A DNA stretch of 63,856 bases, counting the filler, from Stramenopiles sp. TOSAG23-3 (taxonomy: Eukaryota): the NCBI GenBank assembly GCA_900128585.1. It is 27 parts of 27 records of this genome, joined end to end, with 100 filler letters (N's around TTAATTAATTAA, not from the genome) between each part and the next. Parts side by side here need not be neighbours in the genome. Positions count along the whole stretch, not along the records: positions 9,524 to 11,803 come from LT644924.1; positions 11,904 to 14,182 come from LT644925.1; positions 14,283 to 16,561 come from LT644926.1; positions 16,662 to 18,938 come from LT644927.1; positions 19,039 to 21,315 come from LT644928.1; 22 more parts are not named here. The stretch is one strand, 5' to 3'. The position numbers and the translations under genes were made by a program. The notes below the pieces were generated by a model that was given only the letters and a program-made list of their open reading frames with translations, was not told the origin of the DNA and made no database searches. Positions 9,603-20,106 of this stretch are shown in pieces; the first letter of the stretch is position 1; every line of letters starts with the position of its first letter.

Positions 9603-10263
9603 CGTCGATATCGACTGGGACTTTGTGCTGGAGAAATCGAAGCGACAAAAGATCGGGGACATAGAGAGGAAGACGGAAGACGCGGACGCGCTCGCCAAGG
9701 CGGACTACGCCAGCCTGGTGAAGATCGGGTCCCGGCTGGGCGTCGACGACCAGAGCGGGTGGAAACGTTCGAAGGGGTGGACGGACGGGGGCACCGACCC
9801 GTGCGCGGAACACTGGGCGGGGGTCAGCTGTGACCGAAGCGGCCGGGTGTACGGCCTTGACCTGACCGGGAACGGCCTGCATGGGATGATACCGAAAGAG
9901 ATAGGAAGTTTGACCGCCCTTCGAACGCTTTCCTTGTCGGGGAACAAAGGCATCGTTGGGGCCATCCCCCCGGAGATCGGCAAGTTGGCCAACTTGGAAT
10001 GGTTGTCGCTCCACGACAACATGCTTGGGGGGGAGATCCCGAAGGAGATCGGGAAATGCAGCAAGCTCAAGTGGTTGAGTTTGTACAACAACAAGTTGAC
10101 GGGGTCCATCCCAGAAGAAACGACCCAGCTGAAAGAGTTGAAAGTCTTGCTCCTCCAGCAGAACGAATTGACAGGAAGAGTTCCGGACGAATTGTTGAAG
10201 TTGCCCAAACTAAAGAAAAAAATGTTCAACAAGAACAATTTCGGGGCCCGGGCAAGGTTGTGA
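9601..10263 (+). CDS. Leucine-rich repeat protein (plant-RLK-type LRRNT + LRRs); 5' end lost at the repeat junction
   Basis: DPCAEHWAGVSC cap followed by LxLxxNxLxGxIPxEIGxL repeats. Confidence 0.85.
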   Translation: MVDIDWDFVLEKSKRQKIGDIERKTEDADALAKADYASLVKIGSRLGVDDQSGWKRSKGWTDGGTDPCAEHWAGVSCDRSGRVYGLDLTGNGLHGMIPKEIGSLTALRTLSLSGNKGIVGAIPPEIGKLANLEWLSLHDNMLGGEIPKEIGKCSKLKWLSLYNNKLTGSIPEETTQLKELKVLLLQQNELTGRVPDELLKLPKLKKKMFNKNNFGARARL

Positions 10264-10578
10264 AGAGGTTGTCGTGAAATTGATTTATGCCTTGAAGGGG
10301 TTTTGCCGAAAGGTACAAATCTTATAAAAAATTACACCGTTTCTGGATCAAGTGTGGAAAAAAGTCTTACTGGTGGGAAGTAATATTGTTCTCCGTGTTT
10401 CACTGCGCCCGTAAAACCTAAAGTACACTAAGATAAAAAGCAAATAAAATTAAGCCCCTGCGCGTCCTACCTGTTCAAAAAACAACTATTATGCTCAAAA
10501 ACATTTCACAAAACCTGGCCGAGGGGGGAAGGGTGATCGTTCGCACGCCAAAGCCATTTGTTCCATTCCACCAACCGC

Positions 10579-11646
10579 TCATGACCATCCGGTGTGGCGT
10601 TCGTTGGAGCGTGCCTGCAACTGATTAAAGAGCGGCGTTTTCGGCCGCATGGGCAACTGAAAAGGTCTACTGTTTGGCGTACGCCGTGCTGGAACGCCGC
10701 CGCCAGGGGAACGCAGCGACCGTGCATCGGCACTTCCTGGCCTTTGGAACCTTGGCGTCGACGGTGCGGAGGTGAGTTTTGCGGGGGAGTTCGATCGGGA
10801 ACGGCTCTGGCGGTACCGTGCGCCAGCGTGATGAACCTTTGGATCTTGACGGTTTGAAAAGTACGCGCTGTTTTGGGGCGTGTTTGCGGGAGAACGTTTG
10901 TAAGACGGGACAGGGCTGTTTCCGACGCGACTTCCGAACGGGTTACTGTACGGGGACGGCTTGATGCCCAAGGACCGTACCGACGGCGTCAACGGGAGCG
11001 GAATCCCTCCGCCTGGAGTGTAATGGTTGCGTGCTCCTGGAGGCGCAAAGTGCGCGTCTCGACCCCGCGCACGGTCTTGGAGAGGCCTGGACGACGGGTT
11101 TGGCGGCGGCACGACTCGCTCTTCGCGAAGCGCGCGGTAACTCTTTTGCAGCGCATCGCGTTGCCGCCGAGTCTCCGCGAACTCCTTCTCCAGCTCTTGG
11201 ATGCGGGCGTCCTTTCGCCGGAGTTTTCCTTCCATTTCTTGCGCGTAATTCTCCGTCCTCATGATTTTGTGCTTTAAATCATTCGCGTCTTTCTCGGCAT
11301 TTCGTTTGAGTCGTTTGCGGGAGCTAATGATAAGGAGCCGTTGCTGCTCACGGAACTGAAGGACTTGGCCCAAAAAACCCAAGACCGTGCCCGGGCGCTC
11401 GACAATAAAGGACAGGATCGTCTTCACGTCGTTTGTGGAGGCAGGGTTGTCGCCTAAGAAATTCAACTCGGTCACCCCTTCTCTCGTCAGCGTCTTGTCG
11501 CACACCGGGCATACAAAATCATGGTTGTTACGAAACGCGGACATCCCATCATCATGACAAAGGATATGACCACAAGCAGTCATAAAGCAGTTTCCAATCA
11601 GCTGCTTTGAGCACGCGTTGCATTCTAGCCCCGTCCGAGGCTCCAT
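10579..11646 (-). CDS. HEI10: HEI10/CCNB1IP1-like meiotic RING E3 ligase
   Basis: N-terminal CNAC...TACGHILC...CPVCD RING, then a coiled coil and a long S/P/R-rich tail, the HEI10 architecture. ATG at 11646. Confidence 0.7.
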   Translation of the reverse strand: MEPRTGLECNACSKQLIGNCFMTACGHILCHDDGMSAFRNNHDFVCPVCDKTLTREGVTELNFLGDNPASTNDVKTILSFIVERPGTVLGFLGQVLQFREQQRLLIISSRKRLKRNAEKDANDLKHKIMRTENYAQEMEGKLRRKDARIQELEKEFAETRRQRDALQKSYRALREERVVPPPNPSSRPLQDRARGRDAHFAPPGARNHYTPGGGIPLPLTPSVRSLGIKPSPYSNPFGSRVGNSPVPSYKRSPANTPQNSAYFSNRQDPKVHHAGARYRQSRSRSNSPAKLTSAPSTPRFQRPGSADARSLRSPGGGVPARRTPNSRPFQLPMRPKTPLFNQLQARSNERHTGWS

Positions 11647-11724
11647 GACTGATGCGTAATCTGGTTGTCTCCAGAGGGTCGATGCTGTAAAGAGCGCCGA
11701 AGATCTCTCGTACGATAAATGGCA

Positions 11725-11803
11725 ATCGGTGCACAAAAAATAACAAAAAAAAGAAAACAGTACAATTAAAGATGTTGGTTTTAAACAGCCTGAATTAACT
11801 TTC
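11725..11803 (-). repeat. 79-bp perfect inverted repeat, right copy
   Basis: Reverse complement of 9524-9602. Confidence 0.95.
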
Positions 11804-11903
11804 NNNNNNNNNNNNNNNNNNNNNNNNNNNNNNNNNNNNNNNNNNNNTTAATTAATTAANNNNNNNNNNNNNNNNNNNNNNNNNNNNNNNNNNNNNNNNN
11901 NNN

Positions 11904-11982
11904 TCTTCTTCTCTTTTCTTCTTCTTCTTTTCTTCTTTCTTCTCTCTTCTTCTTCTTCTTCTTCTTCTTCTTCTTCTTCTTC
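11904..11982. repeat. (CTT)n microsatellite at contig end
   Basis: Read directly from the sequence. Confidence 0.9.
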
Positions 11983-12327
11983 CACCTGTACCTACTACCA
12001 GTATTGAATAAACTACTCTACTTATAGGAATTTTATTTTTTTAATAATAATAATTATTTACCTCGTACCTCCCTCGTACGTTTATATATTATTATATGTA
12101 TTAATTTATAGAATAAGTCATTGTCCCTACCAATTGATAAATACATGGAATTAACTTCATCACAAACTTACAATTGTTGTTTACTCAGTGCAATAAACCC
12201 ATTATCGCAAGTGGGCGCTGTTTTTATCTCATACGCACATAAGATATGATATTTCTTATTTTGCTTCAACGACTTCCGGGGTCAAAACATATTTTTACAC
12301 CATTTGTTCGCGGTTCATTCAAAATTT

Positions 12328-13842
12328 TCAATTTGCATCCCACCTCCGGTTATACCTTGCACCCATAAACTCTATTGCGACGACTTCGTCTGCTTTGCGA
12401 TCCGCGCCGTTGCCCATAATAAACTGCACCAATTCCTGGTCGGTACCATCGTCTTTCCAACGGCAGCCAAGTGTACTCAATCCATCAATGTCGTGAGCTC
12501 GAAGGAAATCCGGCGGTATTGTAGGGTCGGTTTTTAATTGAAGCCTTGGCCCGTCCTTTGAAGTTTTAAGAACAAGCTTTTGGCCATTCGCTTCAATGGT
12601 AACAGACCCGTCATAATAGGAACCTTCAAGTAGTTGGTAATTTTTTGGCAGTTGCGGTGAAGGTTGCAGACGATTCAGGGCAGCCTCAAACGCTGGTGCC
12701 AGTATTTCAAGTGCGGGAATCGTCCATACCGAGTCTTCGTCGACGTCACTAACGAGAGCAGAGGTAAAGACACCAAGTCGAAGATCGTCTAAGATTGTCA
12801 TGCTGCTGCGATAACCAGGGAGCTCCCCCTGCTTCCCCTTTGTCCAATATCTGTTCGAAACATATTGCATCTCAAAGGGTGTTCCGACCGCCTCGAAGCC
12901 ATTCCGAAGAAGGATTTCTGGAGCAAGCATTTCGGATATAGTAGAACCTCCCAACGGATCGTCCTTCTTCGTCGAATCGGCCCGAAACAGAAGCTTCATT
13001 AACGCTCCTATGTCCCCCGCGGAAGCCCATAGACAACCGGCAGGCGCCCCAAAGCCGCATGAGGGGCCCACGGGAACCTTCACTTCCTTCCCTTCCTTAT
13101 CCGTCCCTTTAGCGCTGCGCTCCATCGTAGTTTGGTTGTAAGCGAACGTCGCATTTGTCATCATCATCGGTCTGGTAATGTATTTCTCGACCAAGTCTTC
13201 GTAACTGAAATTTTCGCCCACATGCCCCAAGGCCCGCCCCAATAATGCCATGCCTAAATTACTGTAATGAAATCTCCGATGCACAGGAGACACCGCTGCT
13301 TTTGTGCTAAGGCTCTCCAAAACTTCGCTTTCGTTACAGCCCGGGTATTCAAACGAACTGCACGGGTAAGGGGTCTCTCGGGGTAACCCACTGGTGTGCG
13401 AAGCAAGCTCGCGCAAAGTGATCTTTCCAGAAGACTGGATGGAAAACTCTGGCATATACTTTGTCAAATTGTCTTCTAAGTTTACGTGCCCTCTGTCCCT
13501 TAAAATATATAAAAGCATGCTGGTAAAGACCTTGGTAATGGAAGCTATTCGTACCAGCGAGTGCTCGTCTGGTGGACCTTGGGAGGGAAATTTGACGTCT
13601 TTGTACCCGTACCCTTTCGTCCAAGCCGTACTCTGGTCGAATACTACCGTAGCGACCAGTCCTGACGGTATTCCCGTAGAAGCGTTCTTGAGCAAATCAT
13701 CTACCAGACGCAAAGCATCCTTTACTTCGGGGGAGCCAAGGACGGCTGCGGCCGGCACTGACGCCGGGTTTGGAAAAATCGGACAGAGTGGGGCTGCGTG
13801 CGCAACCGCAGTTAGGAGTACAAAGCATTTGATCAGCATCAT
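12328..13842 (-). CDS. Secreted beta-lactamase/PBP-related serine hydrolase (LACTBL1-like)
   Basis: Signal peptide, RIASITK (SxxK), LASHTSGL, FHYSNLG (YxN), and KQGELPGY at the third motif. Confidence 0.88.
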   Translation of the reverse strand: MMLIKCFVLLTAVAHAAPLCPIFPNPASVPAAAVLGSPEVKDALRLVDDLLKNASTGIPSGLVATVVFDQSTAWTKGYGYKDVKFPSQGPPDEHSLVRIASITKVFTSMLLYILRDRGHVNLEDNLTKYMPEFSIQSSGKITLRELASHTSGLPRETPYPCSSFEYPGCNESEVLESLSTKAAVSPVHRRFHYSNLGMALLGRALGHVGENFSYEDLVEKYITRPMMMTNATFAYNQTTMERSAKGTDKEGKEVKVPVGPSCGFGAPAGCLWASAGDIGALMKLLFRADSTKKDDPLGGSTISEMLAPEILLRNGFEAVGTPFEMQYVSNRYWTKGKQGELPGYRSSMTILDDLRLGVFTSALVSDVDEDSVWTIPALEILAPAFEAALNRLQPSPQLPKNYQLLEGSYYDGSVTIEANGQKLVLKTSKDGPRLQLKTDPTIPPDFLRAHDIDGLSTLGCRWKDDGTDQELVQFIMGNGADRKADEVVAIEFMGARYNRRWDAN

Positions 13843-14103
13843 CTAAAGAATACGGAAACGGGAGTATTGCTGCAGTCTTAAAAGTAAAGTCCCGTTTATA
13901 ACTGTTTTGTAAATTGGGCACGACTTTTGTTTGAATGCAATACATTCCATTTTTTTTGTTTTATTTAGAATAATAATATATTATATATAGTCTAAGAGGG
14001 TATTGGTATTCCTTGAAAGGTACTTTTTTGGATCTCCTCTGGTGATGATGAATGAGAAAAGAAGAAGGAGGAGGTATAATAAAGAAGCCCAACCACCACC
14101 CAC

Positions 14104-14182
14104 CAGAAGAAGAAGAAGAAGAAGAAGAAGAAGAAGAAGAAGAAGAAGAAGAAGAAGAAGAAGAAGAAGAAGAAGAAGAAGA
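14104..14182. repeat. (GAA)n microsatellite at contig end
   Basis: Read directly from the sequence. Confidence 0.95.
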
Positions 14183-14730
14183 NNNNNNNNNNNNNNNNNN
14201 NNNNNNNNNNNNNNNNNNNNNNNNNNTTAATTAATTAANNNNNNNNNNNNNNNNNNNNNNNNNNNNNNNNNNNNNNNNNNNNCCCCCCCCCCCGGCACTA
14301 ACCGTGCAAGTCACAATATTAGGCCTGACTCCTCGTAATGTGAGGATGTACGGCATTAAAATAATAGAATAATTCCAATAATACAAATACCAGGGGTACC
14401 AACAAAAAAAAGAACAAAATAGACTACGAGGAAGGAAGCAGAAGCTGATGAATGTGTGGGGGGGGACCACAGTTGGGCACAGTTGTGACCAATCCATGTC
14501 CGCGATGTTAATATTTATACAACAACAGGAGAACAGCAGCAAAATGATGATTTTTATTTTATGTCGTTTGTTTGTTTGCTGCAGTTTGCAACACATGCTG
14601 TTGTTGTTGTTTATTGAGTTTCTTTGTTGCTTGTTGCTTGTTGCTTCCTGTTTTGCATTTTTTGCACTTAGGCCCAACTCGAACTGGATGCATAACGCAA
14701 CACGCAAGTGAAAACGGTCCAAAAATCTTT

Positions 14731-16561
14731 ATGAACCCACCCCAAGTGAAACGTCACAAGGTAGCGATGAAGATGATTGCAGTGTTGACCGTTCTGCTTT
14801 TACAGGTCTTCGCCACTTTAGGAAGTCCACAGTGCACCCAAGGAGTAAGCAGAACATTCGACCCGTCCCATTGTGACCTAAGATCTTTAAAGCAGGAAAT
14901 TGAACGCAACGCGCATAGAAATAGAGACGAAGCAAAATACATAGAGAAGAGTGTGGGCTGGTTCGTCAAGCTGTCCAAACGCTTCAAAGATGCGACGCAA
15001 ACGGAAGCCAACTGCGAGGAAAGAGCGGAAGACAGAGAATCGCAAAAGAAAGGCGTTGAGTTCTTTAAAGCTTTGAAGAATCGTTCGTACTGTTCTTACT
15101 CGTCTTTTCCTAAATACACCAAAGACAGTATTGTCGAGAGAGCCTTTCCTAGGCCAGGTGTGTCCCCTATGCGTGCAGCCGACTCTTTGAAGCTTAAGCG
15201 TGCTTTGGCTGAAAAGGCCAAGAAGCAACACACGCGACGAGCTAATCGACCGTCTTCGGCCAGCTTCCTCGAACTTGTCGAGGGGAAGAAACACCAGTGC
15301 TATGAGGAGACTTTGGGCACAGCCACAACACTTGTTAATGGGATGCTGAAACACGTAGTACCGGATGCGATAAAAAATCAGGAGTTCACAGGTCCAAAAA
15401 ATATTAAAGGGGTCACATTCAAGAACAAGATTAAGGTCGAGGATTTTGGCATAAGAAACATGCTCATGGAGCGTAAAGGCAACACCTTTGAAATGAATAT
15501 AAAAGGGTTTCGTCTTAAAACAAACCAAATCAAGTTCAAAATTGAAACGAAATTTCTTGTGAGCTTACTGGAAATAGGCAGGGGCAGTAGGCTCTTTGGG
15601 CGCAGAAGTTCTAAAAAAAAAAAAAGGTGGGTTGGAGGGTTGGTTTGTGAAGAAAGTGAAGAAAGTGAAGAAATTTGTGAAGAAAGTGAAGAAAGTTGTG
15701 AAGAAAGTTGTGAAGAAAGTGAAGAAAGCTGTGAAGAAAATTGGGAAACGTGTAATAAAACAAATTAAGAAAGTTGCAACAAAAATCATCCCTAAATGTG
15801 AGGGGTCGGTAAGCATTACTGTTCAAAATGCAGACCTCCAAACTTCTGTTGCTATAGGCGACAAAGGCATTACCCTATCTGATTCCATCATAAGTCGGCT
15901 CGATATAGAATTTGATCAACACATTAAAGGCGTTTGCGGAAATATTGTGAAATTGTTTAAAAAACCTGTTGAGAAATATTTTAAGAAAACGATTCTCCCT
16001 AGTCTTACCAAAAGCGCTGAAACCCAGATTGCTGGCATATTGAACAAAAAAGGGTTTCTCCAAACGCTCAACTCGTTTTGTGGGGAGGGGAGCCAGAGTA
16101 ACACATTCATTCGATATACAAAAGCCTCAATAGACAATTCGTGCACAGCTAGCATTCTGCAGCACGCTGTGATCCTAATTAGAGATGCCATTGAATTCCT
16201 ACCAAAAGCCGGTGAGAAACTTGGCGGTTTCGAGAAGGAAAAAAAAGCTATAATTAAACGCTACGACGAGTTGATTAACAACGAAGATACTTGGAAGATA
16301 AAGGATCTAACGGAAATTCAGAAAGGTACAGCCCGCGAGGCTTTAAAACTTGGCAAACAAATCTGCGAAATTCTCTTCAAAGCAAAACCCGAGGACCTCA
16401 ATATTGATCTGTGCGCAATTCAAAATAAGGAGATACCGACGCTCCATAAGATCAGCGAGGTCGTCAAACAGGTAGGCCAGAACTCTCCTGAACTGTTCGG
16501 TCTTGCGTGGCGCATGATTCGATTACACCAAGTCCGAGTAAAGTGCAAAAAATGTAGATTC
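14731..16561 (+). CDS. Secreted protein with a BPI/LBP (TULIP)-like domain and a cationic insertion; one frameshift at A13 (15613-15625); 3' partial
   Basis: Signal peptide MKMIAVLTVLLLQVFATLG. Frame-1 ORF (to ~15625) and frame-2 ORF (15596-16561) join if one A is removed. The strand/helix pattern resembles the BPI N-terminal domain. Confidence 0.55.
15647..15739 (+). repeat. Coding minisatellite of GTGAAGAAA units (9/12-nt variants) encoding (V)VKK
   Basis: Nine GTGAAGAAA copies in tandem. Confidence 0.9.
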
Positions 16562-16661
16562 NNNNNNNNNNNNNNNNNNNNNNNNNNNNNNNNNNNNNNN
16601 NNNNNTTAATTAATTAANNNNNNNNNNNNNNNNNNNNNNNNNNNNNNNNNNNNNNNNNNNN

Positions 16662-17779
16662 GAAGTGCGCCGAGCTCTTATGTTTTCTAATTCTTTCATG
16701 CGGGCAGCCCTTTTCTTGGCACGCTTCGCTAGTTCAATTTGCTTTTCCCTCGCCTGGGCGGCCCTCTCCAGCTCTAACTTCGCCTTTGTTTTTGCTTCAA
16801 CCCGCTCGGCGATGACCCCAGCGTATTGTTTTCTTGCCTGCAGGCCCCTAAAGAGACTTTGGATGTACGTGGCGGCCTTGTCTTTTAGTATTTTCATTAC
16901 ACGCCGTTTCTGAAGCCTTTGTTGCGTCTCGCCACGCTGCCGCCGGCGCTCGATGTTTTGGACGTTGCGGATCGCTGCTGCCCACATGTGCGATGAATTC
17001 CCCGTCTCCAACAGGTGCTTGTAAGAACGAATGCTTCGCGTTATAATAATGGCAGCATCTTCCCGAATCTGCCGGTGTAACATGTCCAACACCACCTTCG
17101 CTGCCGCGTACGGCAAAGCGCCGCGGGGTATATTACGTGCCGCGTCCTGCAAATCTCGAAAGCGACGAGCATGCCTGTGGTACGAAGTGGACCTATCGTA
17201 CATTCTGCACAGCCCACCAAGGGCAACCTCGACTTCGGTCGGTTTGCACCGCCCTGCGGCGTCTAGCAGGGTGTCTTTGACCCCTTGAATGGCCCGGTCG
17301 AATGACTTGGACGTACCTGCTTTCCTTCCTATCGTCTTCGCGGTAATCTTCTCAAAGGCGCCAATTTCGCTCATGCCCTTTAAAAATTCCTGGAAGCTGA
17401 GCTCCCCATCGTCGTCCTCGTCAAAATGTGTAATTATCTCGGTGGTGTCGCTGAAACCGCGGGCGGCAGCGGGAATGCCGTGCAGGAGTTTGTACAAACG
17501 GTTGATGGCGTACAGGTGTTTCCCCATATCATGTGATGCAATGCGCCCGTCCGAATCAGTGTCTATGCCCGTGAACAGCTTCATGATGTCGGCCACGATG
17601 GCCGGTGGAGTCTCAATGAACGCAGTCCGCTTACGCGCAATGCTGTAAAACTTTGGAGGTTTAGGCATATTCGTCCTGCTCTTGAACAAAATTCTCTTCT
17701 TGGCAATCAATGGGTCGTTGAGATGTTTTGCTTGGACCCTGATTACTCTTCTCCTCTTTTTTCCTGTGTTTGGTTGCAT
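16662..17779 (-). CDS. EF-hand and IQ-motif protein; 3' partial
   Basis: EF loops DTDSDGRI and DEDDDGELSFQEF, IQ motif AATYIQSLFRGLQARK, and a coiled coil. Confidence 0.75.
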
Positions 17780-19062
17780 GCATACGGTGTATTAATTATA
17801 CTGTAGCAATGGAATGTGATCGACGAGAGTTGGATGAAAGTTACCTCCCTCATTTCTTATTTATTACTATCATAATAAAAAAAATAATATGATGAGAGAA
17901 GAGTGTAACGAAGCATCTATATATTTTTTATTTTATCGATCTAACTACTTTTATTATCTGTGCTGGGTAAAATACGATCGATAACACCATACAGCAAGGC
18001 AATACCAGTGGAACAGATGAACTTCCAGTACTTCGCTACACAGTGCGAAGAGTCACCAAGGATTTTGTACTAATTTGCTCTTCTACTATAGCTATACTTG
18101 ATAGGGATATTAATACAAACTCTATTAGGAAGTACCAAACAGTAGTGACATAGCATGTATATTATTTGTAGTAGCAATATAACAAGCAATTTAATAATCC
18201 CTCTTTCTTATTATTTAGCTTGTTCTTTCTTGCCTTCTGTGATCTGTCTGTGATGAAGCTCTCACTTCGAAACGCCTCTTCTTTATTATTCTAGTTAAAT
18301 AAAGAAATGAAGAAATCGATGATTAAAAAATGAAACAATTAGCCAGCCTATTAGTAGGGGATTAGGAAGAGCCTTTTTTTCTTATTTCGTTTATATAGGA
18401 TAATTTAATTGATTAGAATATAATATAAAATATATAAATATAGAATAAGAAAGTTGATTTGATTTTTTATTTTAAATCGATCGGTTGAACACCTACGTAC
18501 TACTACCACCAGGTAAAGTAAAAATTCATCTAGATCGAATAGGAACACAGTATCTCAATAAAATTTGAATAATCAATTCGTCTAATAAATTAAAAAGGAG
18601 CAATAGTGTTATAGTTAATCATTACGAGTGTGATTAATTATTATATTTAATACATGATCACACCATCTAATAATTCATAAAGAAAGAAAAACTGATGAAT
18701 CTGATTCTTCTCCTTCCTCCTTCTTAGCTCCTCCTCTGTAATTTTATTCCCATTCTGTGCCCTTTGCGCTCGCTCCGTGAAATTTTTTTATTGTTGTTTC
18801 ATTAGTGAATTTTTTTAAAACGAGCAATTTGTTTTCGGAGGAAAAAACTGTGAACAATACCTTTCATTCTAATCAGCTAATAAATAGCGATAATTGGTAG
18901 TTCCGTTTTTGATTTGTTTGGCTGAAAAGGAAATTGAANNNNNNNNNNNNNNNNNNNNNNNNNNNNNNNNNNNNNNNNNNNNTTAATTAATTAANNNNNN
19001 NNNNNNNNNNNNNNNNNNNNNNNNNNNNNNNNNNNNNNAAGAGAGGAGGCAGTTATTTATTA

Positions 19063-19165
19063 AAAAGAAGAAAGAAGAACAAGAAGAAGAAGAAGAAGAA
19101 GAAGAAGAAGAAGAAGAAGAAGAAGAAGAAGAAGAAGAAGAAGAAGAAGAAAGAAGCAGAAAGAA

Positions 19166-19213
<48 letters not shown>
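19063..19213. repeat. Compound (GAA)n/(GAAA)n microsatellite
   Basis: Read directly from the sequence. Confidence 0.9.
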
Positions 19214-20106
19214 TTCTTTCTTGTTGCTAGAAATTTAAGTTACCTCCTCCTCATATAATTATAATATTCTACGTAAATAGTGGAAGATTGAGCGAAACCT
19301 AATATTATTTTTATGTTATGTACAGTACGAGTATGAGATATATTGTACTATTTTATAATATTATTTATGTAATATATGTAGATCAAAGGGCGCGTGCATA
19401 CTTTTTTATCGATCGAAATGAAGTAAGTCACAAGAAGGAACACCAAAAAAAAGAAGGGGACAATAACAACGGAGGAAAACCTATTATTAAATTTAGTATA
19501 TTATCCTATTTACTGTTTGTATTCTTTATGGTGATACAAGTACAAAATGGGTTGGTTTCGTACTCGTACACATCCTCGTAGTCAGTTCACGAATTGAAGA
19601 AAAAAACGTCAAGGTCTAAAAATAGAAGATGATGCGACCTCCACCTTCATGTTGAGTGACTTTATTTCTGATGATGTGATGATGTAACAAAGAAGTGCCT
19701 CTCCTAAAATAAAAAATATTATTAAAAAAATCTTTTTTTTTTTTTATTACCGTAAATATATGGAAGAATATATATACGACACGTTTGTTTGTAGTAAACG
19801 ACTTGGGGTGGAAATAAATAATTATGACGAAGACAATTTTTATATATAGTCTATACTTTACTGTCTCTCTCTCTCTCGTTGATCCACTTGCCTTTCATTC
19901 AATTGAAATCAAAATCATTACATTAAAAATCAATCACTTTTCTTGTAACACAACAACAACCTATAATTCAATAAACCAAGCCGAAAGCGCACCAAGAAAG
20001 CCAAAAAAAAGCTTCCTACACGCACAGGGTTTATGCCATACACCATATTTACACAACGACAACACACCGGGAGACGACTAGCAGTGCTCATCTGACAAGA
20101 AATCAA

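Noticed and set aside
9524-11803. Autonomous TIR transposon
   Set aside because: No transposase; the repeat length is identical to the unrelated repeat in contig 1, and one copy cuts a CDS.
14003-14234. Poly-Arg/poly-Glu/poly-Lys ORFs here and at 54294, 58938 and 60729-61139
   Set aside because: These are translations of (GAA)n/(GAAA)n microsatellites.
15559-15626. GTGAG...AG intron explaining the frameshift in the BPI-like gene
   Set aside because: Splicing these sites leads to an early stop and there is no pyrimidine tract; a 1-nt homopolymer change is simpler.
4764-16561. Antibacterial gene cluster (NlpC/P60, patatin, beta-lactamase-like, BPI-like)
   Set aside because: The genes are on four different contigs, so their proximity is an artefact of concatenation.
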